Source of the DNA: Cenococcum geophilum
Lineage: Eukaryota
Assembly: GCA_050273025.1 (NCBI GenBank)
Contig: CP158636.1
Coordinates: forward strand, 9,672,001-9,736,000
Length of the DNA: 64,000 nucleotides
Direction: 5' to 3'
Shown: one piece after another, positions 53,801-64,000 of the stretch
Position numbering within the stretch: the first letter of the stretch is position 1
Layout of the letters: every line of letters begins with the position of its first letter
Made by a program: the position numbers and the translations under genes
The notes under the pieces: generated by a model
The model's input: only the letters and a program-made list of their open reading frames with translations
The model's database searches: none
What the model was told of the DNA's origin: nothing

Positions 53801-54030
53801 ATTACTATTCCTCGTTATATAGTTCTATTAGCTCTATCTTAAACCGTACCTATATTAACTAACTAGCTTCTTCTAACTCTTCTCTAAGTAGTTATAATAT
53901 TATACTTAAAGCGTCTATAACACTATCTCCCTCCTCTTTATCTTCGTCCTTAAAGATACCTAGCATCTTTAGGTTGTTTACTAGAGGTATAATATCCGTT
54001 TAATTAATTTCGTTAATATTCTTACTTATT

Positions 54031-54690
54031 ATACCTAAAGTATCTCCTTCTATCTTAGCTAAGCGTCGGTCTTATACCATAGCTATTATACTATTACTAG
54101 GTAAGATTATGCCTTCCTATTCCCATTACGCAAAAAAGGGGTTAATTTATATTGCGATTACGTTACCTATTAACTAACAACCGTCCTCCTATACTAAGTG
54201 TACGCGAGCGAATATACAATCCCCCTATAATATTTATTCCGTTTCTAATGCTAAATATATATACCCTATTACTCTTAACAGTCTCTAAGTTTCTTAAGTA
54301 ATTTATCTTAGAGTTTTATGTTTAATTTATTACTATAAAGCTTAATAGTAAACTATTAAAGGCGCTAGCTAAGATTTATTAACTCTAGTATAATAATAAG
54401 CTTTATTTAGCTCGCATCTATAATAAGGAGCGTTATGCCCTTAAGGCTTATTAAAACGCTTATACTCGTCTTCTTTATCTTAAGAAAGTTTATAAGAAGG
54501 TTCGTTTTAAGAAGTAAAAACTTATAAAATAAGATTTATAGGAACTTAGCGATAAAAGAATATATTCTTTTTTAACAGAAAAGAAAATATCTCTAAGTAG
54601 TTTAGCAATCATTCTTCCTAGGTCCCCTTTAGGTAACTTATTCTTTAGCAATCCTTCTTTATTAATACTACTTAACCTTCTTTCTTTTAA
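54031..54690 (+). pseudogene. Antisense accessory gene of B2: Cys-cluster plus coiled-coil protein
   Basis: (M)PKVSPSILAKRRSYTIAIILLLGKIMPSYSHYAKKGLIYIAITLPIN*QPSSYTKCTRANIQSPYNI; homologous to the B1 ORF. Confidence 0.65.
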
Positions 54691-57600
54691 TACTCCTATA
54701 CCTTTTCTATAGCATTCTTTAAATTCTCTAGTAGCTCCTAGGTAGTCTCATTATAGCTTATTTACTTTACTTTATACTATATTTTATCGTCTATATCCTC
54801 ATAATTAACGATCTTTAAAACTTATTATTTGTCTTCTTTTTGTCTTCTATACGTGTTTACTTTGTAAACTAGTAGCTTAATATTCCTATATACTGGCTCT
54901 AGTATTATAATATACTATATAGGGTAGATCTTTATTTTAGTTAATAGGTTTAACTTAAATATAACTAGTAAAATCCTCTTTATAATTTTAAAAGGTCCTA
55001 GTCTAACGTAGTTTAACTTCTTACTTAGTCGTTAACTTTTAAAATTTTTATATAGTAGCTATACTCTATCTCCCTCCTTAAGATCTAGTCCCTTAGATCT
55101 CTTAGCGTCGTAGTACTTTTTTATTCTTTACTATACTACCTTTACTATTTCCGTAAGGTTTATATAAAGATTTATTAGTATCTCTATTCTTTACTTAGCT
55201 ATGCTACTCGTTTTCTTTACTTATTATAGCGATAATAATATTCTTAGCTTATATCCATAATTCGCCTTAAATAGTAATGTTTCTATTCCTTCTTAAGGTA
55301 TCGCATTAAATGCGAACTATATAACTAGTAGCAATAATATCCAATTATTCTATATATAATTAATATAGTGTCTTAAATACTACTCTAGTGTCTAATTTAA
55401 TCTTTCTATTTAACCGTCTATCTGCGGATAATATACGGTAAAAGTTGCTACTTAAACTCCTTATTCTGCTAAAAATACCTCCTAAAATACTACTATAAAT
55501 CTTAGATCTCTGTTTAATATAATCTTACTTAATACCCTATATTTTATAAACACTTCTTTAACATAGATTCTAGCGATATCTTTTACTAAGATTTCTTCCG
55601 TATATACTATAAAGTATCCCTACTTTATTAGCTTATCTATATTACTAAAATTATATTATAATCTTATCTAGTAATAGAATCTTTTAATTTTAGTAACTTT
55701 ATAATAAAGTCCTATAATATAACCTCCTATAGTCTCTCTAGTATTTTAATAGGTTATAGCCCTTTATATAGCTTATATCTCGCTAGTTTATTTCTTTAAT
55801 AATCTAGATATTTCTTTATAACTTATCTTACTAGTTCCTAAATTCTATTAATAATATACTCCTCTTAGAGTTTTAATACTAAGCCTATAGCTCTATTATA
55901 TCCTTAAGTTAATCCCTTATAAAATAACTTAATAAACTCTTTTATAATGTTTCTTAGTATATATATTACTTTTTAGTTTTTATACTACTCTAAGTCTAGA
56001 TCCTCTACTTATATATCTTAGATCTTTTATAACTAATTACTTTCTAATAATTTATAGGTCTAACTAATTTCTCTTATTACTACAATCTTCGGATAATTAT
56101 ATTTAATTAATCCGTTTATATCTTTTTGCAGTAAAGCCCCTAATAGCTTTTTATTATTTTATAATTTAGCCTTTTTACTTAAAGTATCCGCTCGTGCGTT
56201 ATTTATACCCTTAGTATACTAAATTTTAAAATAGTATTCTATAAGTATTTCTACCTATCTAACTTATCTCTAATTAAGTTCTTTTATTATTAGGAACCCT
56301 ATTAGGTTTTTATAATCCGTCTTAACTATAAATAGCTTCTCTATACTTTATAAAAATGCTCTTTATTTTTAAAGTGCTATAACTATACCTAATAACTCCT
56401 TATTATATATGTTATAGTTTAGTTCCGGTAGTATTATCTTTTAACTATAGTATACTACTAGGTGCTATCTATCCTTATATTTCTATAGAAAGTATACCCC
56501 TAGTATAAAGTCTAATATATCTATTTTAACCACTATCTCTAGCTTTAGTTAGTAGATTTTAAGGATTAGGTTTTAAGTAAATAACTCCTTAACCTTCTTA
56601 AATAGTTTTCTTTACTCTTCTCCCTATACCTAAGGTTCTTCTTTCTTTATTAACCTTATAAATAGCTTAATATCCTATAACTATTAAGCTATAAACCTTC
56701 TATAGTAATTACAAAACCCTAGAAATAACCTTAACTATATAACGTTCTCTAGTTCTTACTAATTTACTATAGCCTTAATCTTCTTTAGATCTATACTAAG
56801 TTAGCCTAGTTTAATAATAATTTTAATAAAATCTGTCTTCTTAGTAAAGAACTTATATTTTTTAATTGCTACTAGCATCTATTCTTCCTATAGTCTCTTT
56901 AAAACCTATTTAACGTGTTCTCTATACTCTTCTTTACTTATTAAGTAGATAATAATATTATTAAGGTATACTATAACAAATTTATCTAAATATTCTTTTA
57001 ATATATTATTAATACGCTTCTAAAACGTTGCTAGTACGTTTATAAGCCTAAATTATATAACTAATAGTTTATATAGTCCTTCCTTTAACCTAAAAGCTGC
57101 CCTTTATTTATCGCCTTCCTTAATTTTAATCTAATAGTACGCCTACCTTAGATCTATCTTTATAAAGATTTACGCATTACCGATTTTATCTTAAATTTCG
57201 CTAATTAAGGGTAAAGAATATCTACCCTTCCTAGTAATGCTATTTAACTATTTATAGTTAATGCATAGTCTAAGTTTCCCGTTTTTCTTTAGTATAAATA
57301 GTACTGGATAATCTGCTAATAACTATAATAGTCTAATATATCCCTTTTATAAGTTCTCCTAGATAAACTCCTTTAGTGTTTTTTCTTTCTCTTTAGTAAG
57401 CTTATAGATTGGAAAGAACCTTAAATTTATTTCTAGTTTTAATTCTATTTTATAGTCTTACGCTATATATTTTAATAGCTTTTTACTTTTTAGTAACCAT
57501 AGCTTCTTACTATACTTATAGTATCTCTTTAGTATATAACTTAGTCCTTTATCTATTTCTTTATAGGTTACCCCTACTTAGTACTATACCATTCTAGCTT

Positions 57601-60600
57601 ATTATCGCATTTTATAGCATTAAGTATTTCTAATATTAACCTAACCTATAACCTAATTAATCTTTAGATTATATTTCTATAACTAAGGCATTTCTAATAC
57701 TGCCTTATTATTCCCTAATAGTAATATATTAAAAGACATTTTAATTTATCTCCCTTTAATAGTTATCTAAATAGGTCCTATTTTAAGATTAATAATACCT
57801 CCTCTATAGGCTATTATATCTTTTAAGATTATAACTAGTAAATATAGGTACTCTTTTTATCTATACGGTAGCCCTATCCTTTTAACTACTATTAGTAAGA
57901 TATAGTTCCTCATTACTCTACTATCTATTAATACTTTAAACTATTAATCTTACTATTTAACTTATAAATTTAGGTATTATTTTTAAATTCCTTTAAGGGT
58001 CTAAGGCTCTACTACTAGCTCCCTCTAGTTTTATAGGCCTCTACTTTTCTTAACTATTAGCTACTAGATCTTTATATACTTAACTTACTCTTTAGCTAAT
58101 ACCTAGTTCGCTTTTTATCCTTAATATACTATAGATATATATTCTCTAAATATTTCTACTACTATTATCTATTTAAGTATTCTTCTGTAAGAAATCTTTT
58201 TAGTTAAAATATTAAGTTTTCTAACTCCTAAACTTTTATTAGATACTAGCTATGTATATACTTAATATTTCTATACTATCGCTTATCTAGCGCCTAATAT
58301 ATCCTTACAGAGTATTTCCAGTTCTTTTTTTGGATTTTTGTGTATCTTATATATACAATCTATGCCAATATATAATGCGCTAGGTGCTTTAGGTTAACTC
58401 TTAACTTATCTTTATTTTTAAGTTTAAACCTCTATTATATTAATCTAAATATTATAACTTTATTTGCTAGTACTAAGATACATTTTCTATTTCTCTAATT
58501 CTTTAATCGTTGCTTTAGATCCTTTAATATTATAATTAAGGCTCCCTTAATATAATTTATTGCTTTTTCCGTAATTAGGTGGTTCTAGATAACCTTCTTA
58601 TCTAACTATATATAGAAATCTTTCCACTTATTATTATATCGCTATCTATACCACTTTTAGTATAGCTATTAGAGTGTATATAGCCTATCCGTAAGGAAGT
58701 ATCTTTTTATTACTGCGTTATAACAGCCCTTTATATACCGTTCCTTAAACCTAGTTAAAATCCCTAAATCCTCTTCGTTTTCTAGTTTAGTAAGCCACTT
58801 AGCTCTTAGCATACCTACTTTTGGCCTATTAGTAATTCTTTATACTAGTACTCTATCTTATATACGACCTAGTGTACTAAATCTTATATTTAGTTTCTGC
58901 TCTTACTATATAAGGATTCTTACTCTAAACTCGTCTATAGTTTCTCGTTATTTACGTCTTATAATTAAATCCTTAAAGTCCTCTTACTTCTTAATTATAA
59001 TATTAACTTTTTAATCTTTAGGCTAAACACTACGTTCCCCTAGTAAGTCTTTTAAGTTTATATATTTATCTTCTAGTCTAACTACTATTTATACCATAGA
59101 TTCTCTAATCTATAGTAAAGCCTTTTACTTCTTACTTATAGGTGTTCTTATTTATACTCCAAATTCTTAGTTTCTTAGATTCTTTAATCTTAAGCTCGCT
59201 TTTTTCTTAAGCTATACTCTAGCCTTAGTCTAACTAGGCTTTACTAGTATTTTTATCTTGTCTTAAAAGTCTTAAATCTTACTTATTTTACTTTAAGAAT
59301 CTTATACCTTTAGGAAACTTCATCCTAAGCTTATTTATATATCGCTAAACTAAGCCGTTACTCTACTCTATTGGTTATCGTCTATTATAGATCCCTAAGT
59401 ATACCTTATCTTATCTTAAGAATTTTAAGCCTTTGGCCTTTTACTTTTATTAGGTGGTAAGCTAACACTAGTAGTTGTCTACTTGCTTAATTACCTATAG
59501 ATATTACTCCTTCTATCTTATAAAGCGATGGATATTATATCTAATGGTATTATAATACCCGTTACTAAACCTTGCTTTATAGCGGTTTTGGTCTCTACTT
59601 CTATTACGTTATTAAGGTTTAGATACCCCTAGTTAATTCCTTTTTCTACCTTATTACTATTGATTAATAAGTACTCTAACTCTATTATTATTATTACTAA
59701 TCTTTATCTGTATATTACTGTAACATCTTAATCTAGCTTATAAAGTTAATTTTATTCTTTATCTAACTCTCTGGTTTTTTTTAAGTCCTTTTAACTCTAG
59801 CTTTTATAACTAATAGCTTATACTATACTTAGCGTCTTTATAAATTTAGTATGCGTTATTATAATAAAACACAAAACTTTTAATTAAATATTCTTTCGTT
59901 TCTTGCAGTATACTATTATCCCTCTATACGTGTGTGTTATATACTATTAGTCTAGTTTCCTTTACTATATAGTAACTCTAACCACTTCTATAGTCTCTAG
60001 TAAAATAACCCTGTTTTCTATAATTTATATAAGCTCTATTTTTAAACTATTACTTTTACTATAGAGTCTGCTTAAACGTTTTCTACTACTAAGATTTTTA
60101 GTTTAGCCTATACTCTTTAGTCCTATAATTACTTAATTCTTAACTTCTAGGTTTCTACGGTTGTTTTTCCTATCTCTTATAGGTTTTTTAAGTACCACTT
60201 AGGTCTATTAGCTCTGCGCTATACTATAGTTTCTAATTTAACTTTAGTTATTACGTACTTTACGCCTTATATAACTATAAAACTCTATTCTAGCCTCTCT
60301 TAGCCTATTCCCTTTAGAAGATCCTATTATTAATCTTAATCGCTTAATCTATTAATTCCCTAAGGGTGTCCATATCTTCTATTAGAATAATTACGTCTTA
60401 GACTTTTACCTTAAGTCCCTGTTTATACTATGCTATAAGTGCCCTATTATTCTATTTAACTTATATAGCTAATGTCTAAAACTGCGTTATATACTTAATT
60501 GTTAAGGTTCGCTATATTAGGTCCTAAAGCTTTCTTTCTGCTATAGTTATCGCTTTTAGGTCCCTAAATATTTATATTAATTATTCTACTGATCTAGTCT

Positions 60601-62757
60601 AGCTTATAAATATATATCGTACTTCCTAATTAGTAGTTGTTATACCATTATCTTATATTTCCGTAAGGTAGGGTTTAAACCATTTAAGCGCCCTTCCCGT
60701 TAGGAATAATCCTACGTATACTACTTAATCCATAGGTATTGCCAACTTTACTTCTTCCTATATAACTTTAAAGTGCATTTGCGTAAGGAATCCTTTAAGC
60801 TTTAATCTCTCTTCTAAGAATTATTTAATTAAAGGTAACTTAACCTTAGCTACTTCTATTCCGTTAACCCTATTTTTAAGTGCCCTATTATTATCTATTA
60901 ACTAATTAACTATTACCTATAACTATCCGATTATAACTAGTTACAAGTTAGTATCTGCTATGCTAGTGTTATTACCTAACCCTAAGGTCATTGCTGCCGT
61001 TAATAGCGTTGTTATAGCTACTTTAAGTAGCATATTATTCGACTTCTAATACTATAACTAGGTAGTAATTATATAACGAAGCCTTGTAGTAAGAACTACG
61101 GTGGACTTATTAATAGGCTAGGTGTGTAAGTAATATAGGAAGTTAACAACGTAATAATAACTAGTGGAGTAGTTGCCTAATAGATTAACTCTAATTATAT
61201 TCTAAAAATTACTATAAGGAAGGAACTATCTAGGTAGGGACTAAGGGTCCTTAAATACACAACTGTACTCCTATAAAATCCTTCTTGTACGTAAGGTATA
61301 TAAGACGTTCCTTATAGATCTTATAGAGCTTATAGAGCTTATTATATAACCTTGGTTACTATTCCTCATTATATAGTTCTACCGGCTCTATTCTAGACTG
61401 TGCCTGTATTAACCAACTAGCTTCTTCCAACTCTTCTCTAAGTAGTTATAATATTGTACTTAAAGCGTCTGTAACAATATTTAACCGCCTCTATATTATT
61501 AAAGGAGATAAATAGCCTACTATATTCCGTACCTAGTATAGATTATTTAAGTACTTAGTAATACTATTTAGCCTTATAAACGCCCTAAGCTTATTTTAGT
61601 ATTACGTAAATAATACCTTATATCCCTACCTAGACATCTTTTATACTACTTATATTTTATTCTATAAGCCCTATAAGGAGCTAGTCTATAATTAGATATA
61701 AATAAATATAAATTCTATAAAATAGAAGATCTATATTTTAAGCCTTTTATTTCTATAAATAGTATATAAATAGACCTAAAGAAAGTTAAAGTAATTATAA
61801 ACTAGTAAGAACCTAAGAACGTTAAGGGCGTAAAAGCCTTTATAGAATTTACCAATTTCTACTAATAGTTTATTAATAACTTCTCTACCCTAGTTTTACC
61901 CCTTATAGCTCTAACCTAAAAGAATAAAGCCTTTACTTTTAATAAGAAATATAAGAAGGCCTTTACTTATTTAAAGGTTATATTTACTACCGCGCCTATA
62001 TTTTAATACTTTAATCTAAACTAAATAAGTGTTATAGAAGCTAATTAATTTAACCACGTTATTAAAGGCATCCTATCTTAATATAATAAGGATAGGGTAT
62101 TATACCCTAGAGTATACTTCTTAAAATAACTATAAGATCTACGATAAGAAATTGCTAGCTATTATTAGATATTTTAAACAATAGCGACCTAAACTAGAAG
62201 GCGCCGAATTTCCAATTAATGTCCTTGGCGACTATAAGAATCTATAGTACTTTATAACTATAAAATAGCTAAGTTATTATTAGGCCTACTGATTAGAATA
62301 TCTATTTTGCTTCTAATTCTTAATTATATACCACCTAAGCATTTAAAATTAAAAGCTTAATACTCTAACCTAACGCTTATAAGATATGCTAGTATTAAAA
62401 AAAGGCGCGCTCTTACTAAAATTAGACCCTACTTTATTACAAACTATTTAACCCTTTTACTAAAGATCTTACGGTATACGTTCTTAAAATAACTAATTAA
62501 TTAATTAAAGAGATTATAATTAATAAATACCTAAATCATAAGTTTATTTAAAAGACGCTTAAGCTAATATAAGGTATTATAGCTTATTTAACTATCTTAC
62601 CTAAAGGTTTATATTATTATAATCTCTCGCTATTAAAGAGACCTTTCTACTCTGGCGTAATGGCTTTCTATAAGGTATTTATAGAGTTTCTATTTAGGTT
62701 ATTATAAAATTTTAAAGGAGGAATATATTAGGAAATTTTTTTTGGGGCTCGTTGTTG

Positions 62758-62784
62758 CGGTTTGCGGCAAATTGCCGCAAACCG
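62758..62784. repeat. Perfect 27-bp palindrome
   Basis: CGGTTTGCGGCAA-A-TTGCCGCAAACCG. Confidence 0.9.
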
Positions 62785-63359
62785 TACGGTTGCGGCAGGT
62801 GGATATAGTCGATAGCAATTTGCGCAAAACGCACGTTTTGTAATAAGTTTGCAGCACCCTAATAGCAATTTGCGCATTTTGTAACAAATTTGCAGCACCT
62901 AATAGTAAATTACGGCAAAATGCTACCCTATAAATAAATAGTGCGCAAACTATATAAATTGTACGAATTGTAAAAACTGTATAAATTGTAACTATATAAA
63001 TTATAATTATATTATATAATAACCAAATTATTACATATTTTTATAGATTTCTATAGTATACTTTTAAATATATTTATATTATAACTATATAAAATGTAGA
63101 GCTATAGGCTTACAGCTTGGCAAGGTCATGGAAAACCTCGGTAAGGTCATAAAGTTAAACGGGGTTAGAACCTTTTAGACCACGCTTAACTTCTAACCCT
63201 GCTGAGCTTTATATATATGCAGTGCATATACAAAAAAAATTTATTTATTTTATAGAATTTAAAGTATTTAATAAATAAAAATTATAAGTTATACGTGGCA
63301 TATGTGGGGCATATACTATAATAAAATTAATAATTTAAGTTATTAAAATATCCCTATAT

Positions 63360-63414
63360 ATATAGTGTATAGACTTAGCATATACGTAGTATATGCTAAG
63401 TCTATACACTATAT
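63360..63414. repeat. Perfect hairpin, 26-bp arms, 3-nt loop
   Basis: ATATAGTGTATAGACTTAGCATATAC-GTA-GTATATGCTAAGTCTATACACTATAT. Confidence 0.9.
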
Positions 63415-63506
63415 TAAATTTATCTTTATTTTTAAGATTTTACTCCCTTATATACTATCTTTTAAAGTATTGCCTTTATATTCTATATAAGATAGGCTAT
63501 TTAATA

Positions 63507-63591
63507 GCATCTACTTAGTATATGCTGAGCTTATACTAAGTATATGCGTAATATATGCTTAGTATACGCTTAGTATATACTAAGTAGATGC
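63507..63591. repeat. Imperfect hairpin, ~39-bp arms
   Basis: GCATCTACTTAGTATAT.. / ..ATATACTAAGTAGATGC; most mismatches are transitions. Confidence 0.85.
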
Positions 63592-63842
63592 CGCCAATAT
63601 ATCACTAATAAGCCATTTAAATATTTTCATAGGGTGCATATATATGCTGAGCATATGCATTGCATATTTAATGTATTAGTTACTATGGTAAATTGTGGCT
63701 GCTGATGCGCGTTCTGTATGGCTAAAAGTGTGGCCCCGCCGACCTTTTCCCGGCGCTCCATCGGTGACCCCGTTTAACTTTCGCCGACCCCCATCGGTGA
63801 CCCTGTTCAACTTTTCCGTGACCCTGCTCAGCTGAACCCCGC

Positions 63843-63970
63843 TATCTACCTGCCTGCCTACCTACCTGCTTGCCTGCTTACCTATCTACCTACCTACCTG
63901 TCTGTCTGTCTATACCTACCCGTCTATACCTACCTATCTGTGCCTACCTGTCTATGCCTACCTGTCTATG
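63843..63970. repeat. Degenerate (CCTG/CCTA/TCTG)n simple repeat
   Basis: Directly visible. Confidence 0.8.
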
Positions 63971-64000
63971 TTACCTTAATTTGATTGATCGATCGAATCG

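Larger units (their letters stand above)
47509..61476 (-). mobile_element. Ty3/gypsy family B, copy B2 (5' LTR 61,072-61,476; 3' LTR 47,509-~53,922 split by D2)
   Basis: TSD ATATT; internal 53,923-61,071 is colinear with the reverse complement of B1. Confidence 0.93.
36143..62573 (+). mobile_element. Ty3/gypsy family E, copy E2 (5' LTR 36,143-36,512; 3'-truncated before the integrase core), host of B1, B2 and a solo LTR
   Basis: Segments 36,143-37,943, 46,179-47,115, 47,287-47,508 and 61,482-62,573 are colinear with the reverse complement of E1; no 3' LTR found. Confidence 0.88.

Noticed and set aside
39895..62887. ORFs 39895-40101, 57409-57597 and 62702-62887
   Set aside because: Antisense to pol or across repeats; no protein motifs.
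1..64000. Alternative genetic code reading TAA/TAG as sense
   Set aside because: Stops fall at Gln and Trp positions alongside Asp>Asn, Glu>Lys, Cys>Tyr and His>Tyr changes, and differ between copies; this is RIP.

Overview
AT-rich, heavily RIP-mutated (TpA-rich, CpA/TpG-poor) region of a filamentous ascomycete genome. No intact host gene is visible. Left part (1-~13,359): one end of a decayed Starship giant transposon. It has a minus-strand DUF3435 tyrosine-recombinase 'captain' (12,831->~9,444) whose C-terminus runs in one frame through C2H2-type Zn fingers into a chromovirus-like chromodomain, followed by RIP-inactivated cargo (an AAA+ ATPase and several unknown genes). The Starship end abuts, and apparently interrupts, a Ty3/gypsy integrase at ~13,360. 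Middle (13,360-~62,575): a nest of LTR retrotransposons, mostly resolvable by LTRs and TSDs: gypsy families A (2 copies), B (2 copies plus a solo LTR) and E (2 copies), copia family D (2 copies plus a non-autonomous derivative C), three unrelated short solo LTRs and a 286-bp piggyBac-like MITE with an AT duplication. Both B copies carry an antisense spliced gene with Zn2Cys6-like Cys spacing. The copia family shows neither a tRNA PBS nor a polypurine tract. Right end (62.7-64 kb): long palindromes and simple repeats of unknown origin. All protein calls are manual translations read through RIP-type stops; no searches were run.
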